Source: Janthinobacterium lividum (GTDB lineage Bacteria > Pseudomonadota > Alphaproteobacteria > Acetobacterales > Acetobacteraceae). Taken from it: a stretch of DNA of 50,232 nucleotides. Below are positions 34,459-44,567 of the stretch, one piece after another. The translations under genes and the position numbers were made by a program. Location: positions 1 to 50,232 of the forward strand of contig JBPBQX010000330.1 in the NCBI GenBank assembly GCA_050955025.1, written 5' to 3'. Position 1 is the stretch's first letter; each line of letters begins with the position of its first letter. The notes beneath the pieces were generated by a model. It searched no databases. It saw only the letters and a program-made list of their open reading frames with translations, and was not told where the DNA came from.

Positions 34459-34677
34459 ATGGCGTTCTCATCGTGCAATCTGTCAGTACTTGCCTACGCG
34501 AATGGATTCACGCTCTGGCACTACAGTGCAGGTTCCGAATATCGTGCGATCGTTCTCGACGATCTGTTTTTCGAGGGGGCGCGGGACCTGGTGTCGAATG
34601 GTGACATCGTCATGGTCACTGGCGAGGGTGGCGGCTCGATCGTCTTCATCAAGCCGCTGCCTGCACCGGTGGCCTGA
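34459..34677 (+). CDS. 72-aa hypothetical protein divergent from the S24 repressor
   Basis: ATG at 34459 lies 6-7 nt after GGAG. MAFSSCNLSVLAYANGFTLWHYSAGSEYRAIVLDDLFFEGARDLVSNGDIVMVTGEGGGSIVFIKPLPAPVA. I recognise no domain. Confidence 0.5.
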   Translation: MAFSSCNLSVLAYANGFTLWHYSAGSEYRAIVLDDLFFEGARDLVSNGDIVMVTGEGGGSIVFIKPLPAPVA

Positions 34678-35105
34678 CACCACGCCAGCATCCGGCAGCC
34701 TTGAGGCCGGGGTCGGCCGCTCCTGCCATGCGGTCGCTGAAAGCAGCAGGACCGTTCGCGTATTGTACCAAGCCTGACCTTCCCTGGGCTGCCGTGGCCT
34801 GCATGCAGGACAGCATGCCTGTGTCCTGGGCTGCTGCCGTGTTCGCTGTCGCCAGCATCCGGGTCAGGCCGGGCACGAAGCCCAGGTAACCGCAACGACC
34901 AAGACGGTGTCGCGCACCATTCCGGCGCGCTTCTGCATGTCACAGGCCCGACTCCGACCTTCCCCGCGCAGGCAGTCCTTCCGGCACAGCGACCACGCCT
35001 GCCCCGGCTTGCGCAGGCGTGCACGAGGCGCAAGAATCGGCGCAGGCCTGGGATCGCGGGATCCGCCGGAACCCGTCGCGCCAGGGCACCGGAAGGATCG
35101 CGGGA

Positions 35106-37376
35106 ATGCGCGCACGCCCAGCAGCCTGTCACCTCGCAGGGCGGCACCTGGCGCTCCCGACGCGCATGCTCGCTTGGATGCTCGCGTCCGCTCCGCTGCT
35201 CGTCCAGCCCGCCCGCGCTGCCGAGCCCTCCGGCTCGTCCGGAGACTGCTTCGACATCCTTGCCGCGACCCGCGACAGCACCCTCGGCGCGCCTCGCCAT
35301 GCCGAGCCCACCCCGGACGGCAGGTCCGTGCTCTACCTCCGGTCCGGCCCGCGCGACACCCGCCAGCACCTCTACCGCCTCGATCCTGTGACCGGAACGG
35401 AAACGGAGCTTGCCGCCCCCGACACCGCCCCGGAGACGTTGTCCGCCGCCGAGAAGGCCCGCCGCGAGCGCGCCCGCATGTCGCTCGCCGGCATCACCGA
35501 TCTCGCGCTGTCCCGCGACGGCGCCACCGCGCTGATCACCCAGGCCGACCGGCTCGTGCGCGTGCTCCCCGCCACCGGCGAGAGCGCTCCGGTCCCGGGC
35601 ACCGGCTGGATCGCGCCACGCCTGTCGCCCGACGGCCGCCACGTCGCCGCGGTGCGCGACAACGACCTGCACGTCGTCGACCTCGCCACGGGGGAGGACC
35701 GGCAGATCACCAGCGGCGGCGGCGACACGCTGAGCCACGGCCTCGCCGAGTTCGCAGCCGCCGAGGAGCTGGACCGTGCCGACGGCGCCTGGTGGTCCCC
35801 GGACGGCGCCACCCTGCTCTACGAGGAGTCCGATACCGCCGCGGTGGAGCAGCACTTCATCGCCGATCCCGAGCACCCGGCCGCGCCGCCCGCCGCCTTC
35901 CGCTATCCCCGGGCCGGCACCGCGAACGCCCGCGTGCGCCTCGGCCTCGTGGCGCAGGGCGGCGGCGACACGCGCTGGGTCGACTGGGACGGCGACGCCT
36001 GGCCCTACCTCGCCCGCGTCACCTGGACCGAAGGCCACCTCTGCCTCGTGGTGCTGAACCGCACGCAGACCGAGGAGCGCGTGCTCGCGGTAGACCCCGC
36101 GACCGGCCACGCCACGGCGCTGCTGTCCGAGAGCGACCCCGCCTGGCTCGACATCGATCCCTTGCCCCGTCAGGACGGGCGGGCGCTGCCGCTGTGGCTG
36201 CCCGACGGCTCCGGCTTCCTGTGGGCCGCGGAGCGCGACGGCACCTGGCGCCTGGAGCTGCGCCACGCCGACGGCAGCCCGGACCGCGTGCTGGCTCCCG
36301 GGCTGGCGTTCCTCGCCGTGGCCGACCTCGACGCCGCCGCCGGCACCGTCACGATCGCGGCGGCCACTGCCGATCGCCTCGGCACCACGCTGCAGCGCAT
36401 GGCGCTCGCCACCGGCGAGGCGGTGCCGGTCGCGGCAGAGCCCGGCCTGCACGACGCGCGCTTCGCCGAGGGCGGGCACGCCGTGTTCGTGGACCGCTTC
36501 GCCGGCGCGGACGGCAGCGCCGCCACGCTGGTGCGCGCCGCGGACGGCCGCGTGCTCGCCACCGTGCCGAGCCGCGCGGAGCCGCCGCCCGCCCTGCCCG
36601 CCCCGGAGTTCACCACCGCCGGCCCGCTGGCGCTCGACGCCGTGATCCTGCGCCCGGCCTGGGCAGCCACGGCGGCGCCCGGACAACGCTTCCCCGTGGT
36701 GCTTTCGGTCTATGCCGGCCCCACGGTGAAGATGGTCGAGCGCGCACCCCGGCGCTATCTCGACGACCAGTGCCTTGCAGACCAGGGTTTCGTGGTGGTC
36801 AGTCTCGACGGCCACGGCACCCCGGGGCGCGGCCGCGACTGGGAGCGCGCCACGCGCGGCAATCTCATCGACCTGCCGCTTGCCGACCAGGTCGACGGCC
36901 TGCGGGCGCTGGGCGCGCGATACCCCGAGATGGACCTTTCGCGCACAGGCGTCACCGGCTGGTCGTTCGGCGGCTACTTCACCGCGATGGCCACGATCCG
37001 CCGCCCCGACGTGTTCGCCGTCGGCGTCGCCGGCGCGCCGGTGGTGGACTTCGCCGACTACGACACCGCCTACACCGAGCGCTACCTCGGCACACCCGCG
37101 GCCGACCCGGACGGCTACCGTGCCTCCAACGTGCTGACCTACGCGGCGGCGCTGCAGCGTCCGCTGCTGCTCATGCACGGCCTGACCGACGACAACGTGT
37201 ACTTCGAGAACACCGTGAAGCTGACGCAGGCGCTGATCGCCGCCGGCCGACCCTACGACCTGCTGCTGCTGCCAGGCACCCACATGCTGCCCGACCCGAG
37301 GCTTCGCGCCGCCGTCGCCAGGACGCGTGCGCGTTTCCTGGCCGGCGTGCTGCATCCCGAAGCCCCCCCGCGCTGA
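35106..37376 (+). CDS. S9B-family dipeptidyl-peptidase IV-like serine peptidase
   Basis: Start at ATG 35106 or 35166 (MLAWMLASAPLLVQPARA signal). DPPIV-type propeller region, then GVTGWSFGGYFTAMA (GxSxGG), ...MHGLTDDNV..., ...LLLPGTHM. Confidence 0.85.
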   Translation: MRARPAACHLAGRHLALPTRMLAWMLASAPLLVQPARAAEPSGSSGDCFDILAATRDSTLGAPRHAEPTPDGRSVLYLRSGPRDTRQHLYRLDPVTGTETELAAPDTAPETLSAAEKARRERARMSLAGITDLALSRDGATALITQADRLVRVLPATGESAPVPGTGWIAPRLSPDGRHVAAVRDNDLHVVDLATGEDRQITSGGGDTLSHGLAEFAAAEELDRADGAWWSPDGATLLYEESDTAAVEQHFIADPEHPAAPPAAFRYPRAGTANARVRLGLVAQGGGDTRWVDWDGDAWPYLARVTWTEGHLCLVVLNRTQTEERVLAVDPATGHATALLSESDPAWLDIDPLPRQDGRALPLWLPDGSGFLWAAERDGTWRLELRHADGSPDRVLAPGLAFLAVADLDAAAGTVTIAAATADRLGTTLQRMALATGEAVPVAAEPGLHDARFAEGGHAVFVDRFAGADGSAATLVRAADGRVLATVPSRAEPPPALPAPEFTTAGPLALDAVILRPAWAATAAPGQRFPVVLSVYAGPTVKMVERAPRRYLDDQCLADQGFVVVSLDGHGTPGRGRDWERATRGNLIDLPLADQVDGLRALGARYPEMDLSRTGVTGWSFGGYFTAMATIRRPDVFAVGVAGAPVVDFADYDTAYTERYLGTPAADPDGYRASNVLTYAAALQRPLLLMHGLTDDNVYFENTVKLTQALIAAGRPYDLLLLPGTHMLPDPRLRAAVARTRARFLAGVLHPEAPPR

Positions 37377-37500
37377 GGCGGAAGCACGCCGTGCGGATGC
37401 GTGTTTCCGCAGCCTGCGCGGTGATGCAGCTCGCCGGCCTTTCCGCTTCGTTCAGGAAGCTTCCGTATCCTGGGAAGGCCTCAGAACGAGACGCCTTGCC

Positions 37501-38238
37501 ATGCCCCGGTCCCAGGACGGTTTCACCCTCATCGAGGTCATGGCGGCCAGCGCGGTGCTGTCCGCGGTCGTGCTGTGCTCCGTGCGCAGCTGGGCCGTCG
37601 TCGACCAGATGTCGCTGGACCTGCAGCTGCGCCAGAAGGCCGTGTTCGCGCTGAACGGCGAGGCCGAGCGCCTCACCAAGCTCTACACCGCCGGCGGCTT
37701 CAGCGGCCCCGGAGCAAAGGTGAGCGGACCCGCCACCCTGCAGACCGTGTCGGGGCCGTCCTACGTCGCGATCACCGGCATCACCGGCTCCTCGACCCGC
37801 CTGGTCTACGCCACCACGACCACCGGGCCGACCTTCGCCACCGGGAGCGTCTCCGATTTCGCGTCCCCGACGTCGAGCGACGGTGCGCTATGGGTCTACG
37901 GGACCGGAACGACCATGCAGGATTTCGTCTGGCTCGACCGCCCCCGCAGCATCATGGCCCGGCTGAGCTGGGTGTCCTGCCCGGTGAGCGCCAGTTCGGG
38001 CTCCGTCAGCAACACGGCCGCCGTCTGCTGGGGCAGCACGGCCTCGCACCCGATGGCCGGCCTCTGCTATGCCTACGACGGCAGCGTCGGCGGCACGTCC
38101 TGCTCACTGGTCACCCTGATCCTCGACTATCCGTTCCGGCTCTCCAACAACGTGCCCGTGGCGGAGTCCCAGCTTGCCGGCAGCCATCTCACCCCCACCA
38201 CGCTGACCCTGGGAACAATCGTGGGGCGTCGCCTGTGA
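37501..38238 (+). CDS. prepilin-type N-terminal cleavage/methylation domain protein (pseudopilin or minor pilin-like)
   Basis: The ATG at 37501 gives MPRSQDGFTLIEVMAASAVLSAVVL, a class III signal with G|FTLIE. The rest is Ser/Thr/Gly-rich with 5 Cys. Confidence 0.7.
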   Translation: MPRSQDGFTLIEVMAASAVLSAVVLCSVRSWAVVDQMSLDLQLRQKAVFALNGEAERLTKLYTAGGFSGPGAKVSGPATLQTVSGPSYVAITGITGSSTRLVYATTTTGPTFATGSVSDFASPTSSDGALWVYGTGTTMQDFVWLDRPRSIMARLSWVSCPVSASSGSVSNTAAVCWGSTASHPMAGLCYAYDGSVGGTSCSLVTLILDYPFRLSNNVPVAESQLAGSHLTPTTLTLGTIVGRRL

Positions 38239-38416
38239 CGCGTACCCCCGCCGGGCCCTTCCGACGCCGCGGGTGCCGGGCGGCAGCGACCGATTCGTGA
38301 CGACCCGGCAACGGTCATGGCGGACTTTCCCCATGTCCGCTCCGTCCCGATGGCCCGGCCGCAGCCGTGGCCGAAGCCTGGCGCATTCCGTTCAATCCTG
38401 GCGTGGAGACCGGCCC

Positions 38417-39004
38417 GTGACGCCGCCCATCGACGACGAGCCCGAACGCGGCGCCGCCATGCTGATCGCGATGGTGTTCGGCAGCCTCGCCGCGCTGATG
38501 ATCCTCGTGCTCATCGGCCGCGTCGTCACCGAGCAGCGCGCCGTGGCCAGGAGCCTGGCCGAGACACGCGCCTACTGGGCGGCACAAGGGATCAGCAACT
38601 ACGTCCTGAGCCGCACCATGCAGATGGGCAACTGCGGCGCTGCTGGTAATTGCGGCAACGCCTCCATCCTGGCTCTTCAGCAAGGCTATGCGGCCGAGAT
38701 CGCGGACCTGCAGACCTGGCAATATCCCGACGTGAGCGCCGCCTACCAGTTCAAGCTGGCCTCAACGGTGTCGAGGGATGCAGTGGCGAACGCGCAGGAG
38801 ATGCTGATCCGCACCACCTTCGCGCCCCCTGCGCTCGCCAAGGGCATCGCGGTGCCCGAGGCGCTGACCTCCATGGCCAGCATTCGCCCGCTTGAGTTCC
38901 GCTACTGCCTGGTCGCGACCTCGACATCCCCTTGCGCGTCGGGTCTGACGAAGACCCTGCCCGGCATCCAGCTCGTCACAAGCGTGCACCGGCCGATGAA
39001 CTGA
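38417..39004 (+). CDS. membrane-anchored hypothetical protein, possible PilX/GspK/TadG-like minor pilus component
   Basis: GTG at 38417 (alternatives ATG 38333 or ATG 38459). PERGAAMLIAMVFGSLAALMILVLIG resembles the ERGxA-plus-TM N-terminus of pilus-assembly accessory proteins. The call is weak. Confidence 0.45.
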   Translation: MTPPIDDEPERGAAMLIAMVFGSLAALMILVLIGRVVTEQRAVARSLAETRAYWAAQGISNYVLSRTMQMGNCGAAGNCGNASILALQQGYAAEIADLQTWQYPDVSAAYQFKLASTVSRDAVANAQEMLIRTTFAPPALAKGIAVPEALTSMASIRPLEFRYCLVATSTSPCASGLTKTLPGIQLVTSVHRPMN

Positions 39005-39292
39005 GGCCTGCCATCCCCAAGGACACGCCGGGCGGCAAGGTGGCGTCGGCGATGCGGACGCCAGCGCGGCCTGAATCGACCAGGGCGTGCCACGGTGCCG
39101 GGGCATGGTGCCGCGTTCGTGTCCGGCGCCGACCCGCGGCACCCGGCTGCCGCCATGGCGCTGCGACGGCAAGCGGCGGTATTGGACACCGGGGCACACG
39201 GGCGGGCGGGACGAACCTGCCCGGCAAAACCCTTCCGCCGCCCGGGATGCCGGGCCGCCGAAGCCGTCACACCGCACGCAGGAGACGCCAGA

Positions 39293-41020
39293 ATGGCGAA
39301 GCAGTCCGTGGCCGACATGATCGCCGACACGCTGCACGGGATCGGCGTGCGCCGCATCTACGGGCTGGTGGGCGACTCGCTGAACGGCCTGACCGACGCC
39401 CTGCGCCGCAAGGGCACCATCGAGTGGATCCATGTCCGCCACGAGGAGACCGCCGCCTTTGCCGCCGGCGCGGAGGCCCACCTGACCGGCGAGCTGGCGG
39501 TGTGCGCCGGCAGCTGCGGGCCCGGCAACCTGCACCTGATCAACGGGCTGTACGACTGCCACCGCAGCCGGGTGCCGGTGCTCGCCATCGCCGCCCACAT
39601 CCCCACCGACGAGATCGGCAGCGGCTACTTCCAGGAGACCGACCCCCGCGCCGTGTTCGCCGAATGCAGCCACTACGTCGGCCCGGTCGCCACCGTGTCG
39701 CAGGTCGGGCGCACCCTCGACATCGCCATACGCGAGGCCATCGGCAAGCGCGGCGTCGCCGTGGTGGTGATCCCCGGCGACGTGGCGCTGGAGCAGGTCG
39801 AGACCCCGGCGCCGTCGCGCTGGATCAAGCCGTCGGCGCCTGTGGTCTCGCCCGCCGCGGGCGACGTCGACGCGCTGGCAGCGCTGCTCGACGGTGCGCG
39901 CCGGGTCACGATGCTGTGCGGCGCCGGTTGCGCGGGCGCGCACGACGAGGTCGTGGCCCTGGCCGCCCGGCTGAAGGCGCCGGTGGTGCATGCCCTGCGC
40001 GGCAAGGAGTTCGTCGAGTACGACAATCCCTACGACGTCGGCCTGACCGGGCTGATCGGCTTCTCGTCCGGCTACCACGCGATGAAGGACTGCGACACCC
40101 TGCTCATGCTGGGCACCGACTTTCCCTACCGGCAGTTCTTCCCCGAGAACGCCAAGGTCGCGCAGGTCGACCTGCGGCCGGAACAGATCGGCCGGCGCTG
40201 CAGGGTCGACGTGGGCGTGGTGGGCGAGGTCCGACCGACGATCGAGGCCCTGCTGCCGCGGCTCGCGGAGCGTACCGAGCGCGGCTTCCTCGACAAGGCG
40301 CTGGCGCACTACCGCGAGACCCGCAAGGGCCTCGACGAGCTGGCGGTGGGCAGGCCGGGCCGCAGGCCGATCCACCCGCAGTATCTGGCGCGGATGATCG
40401 ACGAGCTGGCGGCCGACGACGCGATCTTCACCTGTGACGTCGGCACCCCCGTGGTGTGGGCCGCGCGCTACCTGACGATGAACGGGCGGCGCCGGCTGCT
40501 GGGCTCGTTCTGGCACGGCTCGATGGCCAACGCCCTGCCACAGGCGATCGGCGCGCAGGCCGCCTTTCCCGGCCGCCAGGTGATCTCGCTGTCCGGCGAC
40601 GGCGGGTTCGCCATGCTGATGGGCGACCTCCTCACCCTCGGGCAGCTCGCGCTTCCGGCCAAGGTCGTCATCGTCAACAACGGCACCCTCGGCTTCGTGG
40701 AGCTGGAGATGAAGGCCGGCGGCTTCCTGGACGCGGGGACGGAGCTGAAGAACCCCGACTTCGCCGCGACCGCGCGCTCGGCCGGCATCCTGGGCCTGCG
40801 CGTGGAGGACCCGGCGGAGCTGCGCGACGCGCTGGCGCAGGCCTTCGCGCACGACGGCCCCGCCGTGGTCGACGTGGTCACCAACCGCATGGAGCTGACC
40901 TTGCCGCCCAAGACCACGGTGGAGCAGGCCAAGGGATTCGGCGTCTATCTCGCCAAGGCGGTTATCAGCGGCCGCGGCGACGAGGTGATCGAGCTGGCAC
41001 GCACCAACCTGTTCCGCTGA
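39293..41020 (+). CDS. poxB: ubiquinone-dependent pyruvate dehydrogenase / pyruvate oxidase (ThDP enzyme)
   Basis: The ATG at 39293 gives [52 protein letters not shown]...[16 protein letters not shown]... ThDP motif [16 protein letters not shown]...[11 protein letters not shown]. Confidence 0.85.
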   Translation: MAKQSVADMIADTLHGIGVRRIYGLVGDSLNGLTDALRRKGTIEWIHVRHEETAAFAAGAEAHLTGELAVCAGSCGPGNLHLINGLYDCHRSRVPVLAIAAHIPTDEIGSGYFQETDPRAVFAECSHYVGPVATVSQVGRTLDIAIREAIGKRGVAVVVIPGDVALEQVETPAPSRWIKPSAPVVSPAAGDVDALAALLDGARRVTMLCGAGCAGAHDEVVALAARLKAPVVHALRGKEFVEYDNPYDVGLTGLIGFSSGYHAMKDCDTLLMLGTDFPYRQFFPENAKVAQVDLRPEQIGRRCRVDVGVVGEVRPTIEALLPRLAERTERGFLDKALAHYRETRKGLDELAVGRPGRRPIHPQYLARMIDELAADDAIFTCDVGTPVVWAARYLTMNGRRRLLGSFWHGSMANALPQAIGAQAAFPGRQVISLSGDGGFAMLMGDLLTLGQLALPAKVVIVNNGTLGFVELEMKAGGFLDAGTELKNPDFAATARSAGILGLRVEDPAELRDALAQAFAHDGPAVVDVVTNRMELTLPPKTTVEQAKGFGVYLAKAVISGRGDEVIELARTNLFR

Positions 41021-41104
41021 GCGGTCAGGCGCAGACAACCACGCACCCGTCTCCCGGGGGCACAGCCACCCGGGGTCGAGTGGCGTGCCCCACGTGAACG
41101 GGCG

Positions 41105-41914
41105 CTAGCGCAGTGTGAAGCTGATCGGCACCGACACCGTGTAGCGCGTGCCCGGGATCTCCGGAGGCAGCTCCGGCAGCGGCTCGGCACGGTGCACGGT
41201 CTGCATGGCGGCCTCGTCGAGCGAGGGCAGGCCGGAACTGCGCACGACCTGCACGGACAACACGTGGCCGGCGCGGTCCATGGCGAAGCTGACCAGCACC
41301 GTGCCGGTGTCGCCGCGCGTCCTGGCGTCGTCCGGGTAGGCGCGGGCGCGGCGCAGACGCGCGACCAGCTGGCCCTGCCAGGTGGGAATGGCGTTCGGAC
41401 GGGCCGGAGCCGCTGCAGCCGCGGCCAGGGCGGACACGGCTGCAGGTGACGGCTGTGGCGACGCCTTGACGTCCTGGACAGGCTCCGGGGCGGAAGCCGC
41501 AGGGCGTGCGACGGCCCTGGGCATGGGGCGGGACGGGGCGGGGCGCCGGGGCGAAGGCAGGCGGTGCGGCGGAGGCGGCGACACTTGCGCCGCCGTCTGC
41601 GGCACGCGAGGCAGGGATGGCAGATCCGGCAGCGCGGGCGGATCCTGCATCTCCGGCGGAGCCTGGAGTGGCACGGGCGGCGTCGGCGCGGACGCCGATG
41701 CGGCAGGCGCGGGTGGCACGTCGATCAGCAGCACCGGCGGCGTCGACGGCTCGACAAGGTCGTGCGTCGACGTGCTGGCCAGGAGCAGCAGGAGGCCGGC
41801 ATGCAGGCCCAGCACCAGGGCGGCGCAGAACGCCCAGCGCCAGCCGATCCACGCCGTCCCGAACCCGGCGCCGGGCCGCGGCAGCGTCGCGGTCCCGGAC
41901 GGCACGGCACTCAC
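41105..41914 (-). CDS. tonB: energy transducer TonB
   Basis: GTG at 41914 overlaps the exbD stop (GTGA). TM anchor, Pro-rich spacer (PPVPLQAPPEMQDPPALPDLPSLP), and C-terminal YPDDARTRGDTGTVLVSFAMDRAGHV...SSGLPSLDEAAMQTV. Confidence 0.85.
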   Translation of the reverse strand: MSAVPSGTATLPRPGAGFGTAWIGWRWAFCAALVLGLHAGLLLLLASTSTHDLVEPSTPPVLLIDVPPAPAASASAPTPPVPLQAPPEMQDPPALPDLPSLPRVPQTAAQVSPPPPHRLPSPRRPAPSRPMPRAVARPAASAPEPVQDVKASPQPSPAAVSALAAAAAAPARPNAIPTWQGQLVARLRRARAYPDDARTRGDTGTVLVSFAMDRAGHVLSVQVVRSSGLPSLDEAAMQTVHRAEPLPELPPEIPGTRYTVSVPISFTLR

Positions 41915-42333
41915 CGCGTCGGGCTCGCGTCCAGGCCGACGAGACCGACCTTGAGGTAGCCTGCCCCGCGCAGGGTGTTCATCAGCGCTATCAGCCGCTC
42001 GTACTCGACATGGGAATCCGCGCGCAGGAACACGCGCTGGTCCCGGTCGCCGCCGCTGGCGCCGTCGAGGGCGGGGCCGAGCGCGGCGGGGTCGATGCTG
42101 TCCGCGCCGAGCCAGACGCTGCCGTCCAGGCGCAGCGTGATGGTGAGCGGGTGGTCCGGGCGTGGCTGCGGCTGGGCGGTGGCGGCCGGCAGGTCCACGC
42201 CGACGTCCACCGTGGCCAGGGGGGCGGCCACCATGAACACGATCATGAGCACCAGCATCACGTCGATGAACGGGGTGACGTTGATCTCGTGCAGCTCGGA
42301 CGGCTCGTCGCCCTCGTCGAGGCGGAACGACAC
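41911..42333 (-). CDS. exbD: biopolymer transport protein ExbD/TolR
   Basis: [24 protein letters not shown]... is canonical ExbD. GTG start. Confidence 0.9.
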   Translation of the reverse strand: MSFRLDEGDEPSELHEINVTPFIDVMLVLMIVFMVAAPLATVDVGVDLPAATAQPQPRPDHPLTITLRLDGSVWLGADSIDPAALGPALDGASGGDRDQRVFLRADSHVEYERLIALMNTLRGAGYLKVGLVGLDASPTR

Positions 42334-42337
42334 CGGG

Positions 42338-43168
42338 CTACTCCGCCGCGGCCTGCAGGGGGCGGCGCGCGAGGCGGCGGTCGTGGTCGCGCGACAGCAG
42401 CCGCAGGACCTCCGCGGCCCCGTCGGCCAGGCCCGCGCGCACCGTCCCGCTGGCGCGCGAGAGCATGTTGTAGGCCACCACCGCGGGGATCGCGGCGACC
42501 AGGCCGATCGCGGTGGCGAGCAGGGCCTCGGCGATACCGGGCGCCACCACCGCGAGGCTGGTGCTGCGGGTGTGCGCGATGCCCACGAAGCTGGTCATGA
42601 TCCCCCAGACCGTGCCGAACAGGCCGACGAAGGGCGCGGTGGCGCCGATCGTGGCCAGCACCCCCGTGCCGCGTACCAGGCGTCGCGACGATGCCGCGAC
42701 GATGCGCTCCAGCCGCAGCGTCGTGCGGTGCTCGATCCCCGGCTCGGGCAGGCCGTCGGATGCAGCGGCCTCGTCGAGCGCCGCGTGCACCAGCCGGGCC
42801 AGGAGGCCGCGCGTGCGGTGCAGCCTCTGCCCTGCCTCTGCCAGGCTTGCGGACGCGTGCAGCACGGACAGTCCGACGCGCAAGCATCGCTGCGCGGACA
42901 GCATCTCCCAGCCCTTCGCGAACGCCACGGTCCAGGTGGCCGCCGACGCCACGCCGAGCCCGAGGAACACCGCTTTCACCATCCAGTCGGCGCTGGCGAC
43001 CATGCCCCCGAACGACAGGTCCTGGGCCGCTGGCGCTGCGGCCTGCGCCAGGGCGGGGACGACCGGCCAGCACGCGGCCAAGGCCAGGCACGACGCCGCA
43101 ACCGGGCACACGATCAGGCGCCGGAGCCGGCATGCTCCCGGAAGCGGGGATCGTGTGCGCTGGGTCAT
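42338..43168 (-). CDS. exbB: MotA/TolQ/ExbB proton-channel protein
   Basis: ATG at 43168 (MTQRTRS...). [24 protein letters not shown]... is the ExbB signature. It has a long N-terminal signal-like or periplasmic extension. Confidence 0.85.
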   Translation of the reverse strand: MTQRTRSPLPGACRLRRLIVCPVAASCLALAACWPVVPALAQAAAPAAQDLSFGGMVASADWMVKAVFLGLGVASAATWTVAFAKGWEMLSAQRCLRVGLSVLHASASLAEAGQRLHRTRGLLARLVHAALDEAAASDGLPEPGIEHRTTLRLERIVAASSRRLVRGTGVLATIGATAPFVGLFGTVWGIMTSFVGIAHTRSTSLAVVAPGIAEALLATAIGLVAAIPAVVAYNMLSRASGTVRAGLADGAAEVLRLLSRDHDRRLARRPLQAAAE

Positions 43169-43210
43169 GAGGCTGCTCCGTGGCGGTGGCGCGTGGGCGC
43201 TCGCGCCGGT

Positions 43211-43238
43211 GTAGTTGCAAACAACTCGCAATCGCAAG
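43211..43238 (+). promoter_or_regulatory. conserved 28-nt operator-like box, copy A (candidate Fur-family/iron-responsive site) upstream of exbB
   Basis: GTAGTTGCAAACAACTCGCAATCGCAAG lies 43-70 nt upstream of the exbB start. It shares 25 of 30 positions with copy B. Confidence 0.45.
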
Positions 43239-43259
43239 TGATGATGTGCGGCGGGCGCC

Positions 43260-44429
43260 TCATGCCCGCCTGGCTGCCGCGATGCGGCGGGCGCGGCGAC
43301 GGCGCTCCCAGATCATCACGCCGGTGACGGACAGCATGGCCACCGCGATCCCCGTGGCGGCGATGACCACCCGTCCCGGCAGGCCCGCCACCTGCCCGCT
43401 GTGCAACGGGAACTGGATCCGCTCGAACAGGTCGCCGAGGCGGCCGGCACCGGGGATCTCGCGCTTTACGACGGCGCCGTTGCTGTCGTCCAGCGTGACG
43501 GACGGGCTTCCCAGGCCCGTGCCGCGCAGGGTCGGCTCGGGGAAGAAGTAGACCGCCACGGTGCCGGCCTGCAGGTTGCGGTACAGGGTGGTCGCGGGCA
43601 GCGGACCGCCATGGCTCGCGACGTCGCGCTCGGCTTCCGCGATCAGGCGGTCGAGCGGCAGGCGGGTGCGTGCGGTGTCGGCGGCAGGGCGCGCGGGAGC
43701 GGGCGGGGTCACCGGCAGCAGGGCGGCGACGGTTGGGTGGAACACCTGCGTCGGCAACGCGAGGGAGACGCCGCTGACGGCCAGGGCAAGCAGCGTGGGC
43801 CACAGCCACAGCCCGCCGGCACGGTGCAGGTCCAGCTCGCGCCGTGCGGCCCCGGCACCCGGCTTGAGCGTCCAGGTGGCGCGCCACCGGACCAGGCGCG
43901 GCGGCGCGCGTGGCAGGGTCAGGGCCAGCCCCGCGCAGCAGTCCAGTGCCCACACCAGGGCCGCGATGCCCAGCACCAGCGTGCCCGTGGCGCCCGCCAT
44001 CAGCGAGCGGTGCAGGGTGTAGAGGAACGGCACGAGCGCGCGCCGCGACAGGCAGCAGGCGCCGTAGGCCCGCCTGCCGAGCACCTCGCCGCTGCCGGGG
44101 TCGGCGAACAGCTGGTTCTGCGCAGGCGGCGCGGACCCAGGCAGGGCGGACAGGAAGGCCTGTGCGGTGCGGCCGGGCGGCGGCCGGAACACGAGATAGG
44201 CGGGATCGGCACCGGGCGACTGTGCCGAGATCCGCGCCAGGAGGTCGTCGGCGGACAGGGCCGGCCCGGCCGTGCGGGCCGCGAACAACTCCGGGTTCAG
44301 CGCGGCATCCAGCGCGCCCTGGAACGCGAGGACGCTGCCGGTGACGCCCTCGAGGGCGAGCACGCCCGCGAGGCCCAGGCCGGCCCAGCGGTGCAGCCGC
44401 AGCAGCCACGGACGAATGGGAAAGGTCAT
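43260..44429 (-). CDS. PepSY-associated TM-helix domain protein (PiuB-like, siderophore-iron reductase-type)
   Basis: The ATG at 44429 gives [36 protein letters not shown]... C-terminal ...[37 protein letters not shown]. Confidence 0.8.
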   Translation of the reverse strand: MTFPIRPWLLRLHRWAGLGLAGVLALEGVTGSVLAFQGALDAALNPELFAARTAGPALSADDLLARISAQSPGADPAYLVFRPPPGRTAQAFLSALPGSAPPAQNQLFADPGSGEVLGRRAYGACCLSRRALVPFLYTLHRSLMAGATGTLVLGIAALVWALDCCAGLALTLPRAPPRLVRWRATWTLKPGAGAARRELDLHRAGGLWLWPTLLALAVSGVSLALPTQVFHPTVAALLPVTPPAPARPAADTARTRLPLDRLIAEAERDVASHGGPLPATTLYRNLQAGTVAVYFFPEPTLRGTGLGSPSVTLDDSNGAVVKREIPGAGRLGDLFERIQFPLHSGQVAGLPGRVVIAATGIAVAMLSVTGVMIWERRRRARRIAAARRA

Positions 44430-44440
44430 GGGCCGCCCTG

Positions 44441-44468
44441 GTAGATGCAAACAAGTCGCATTTGCAAG
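44441..44468 (+). promoter_or_regulatory. conserved 28-nt operator-like box, copy B, in the divergent PepSY/receptor promoter region
   Basis: GTAGATGCAAACAAGTCGCATTTGCAAG contains the inverted repeat TGCAAA-N9-TTTGCA. It is 12 nt from the PepSY start and 100 nt from the receptor start. Confidence 0.45.
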
Positions 44469-44567
44469 AGTCTCGTTCCTGCCGCGCTTCCGGTGTTGCG
44501 AACGGTTCGCATCACCTCTAACTCAACGCGAGTCATTCTCATTCGCAGACTACGCCGGAGACCGCCC

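Noticed and set aside
31198-37376. Two S9 serine peptidases flanking the S24 repressor, considered as a functional unit.
   Set aside because: They are on opposite strands with their own signal peptides and no coupling. Both are common periplasmic housekeeping peptidases. Adjacency alone does not support a system.
41021-41104. A possible bidirectional intrinsic terminator between the convergent poxB and tonB genes.
   Set aside because: CCCGGG-containing short stems are present, but there is no convincing GC-stem plus U-tract on either strand.
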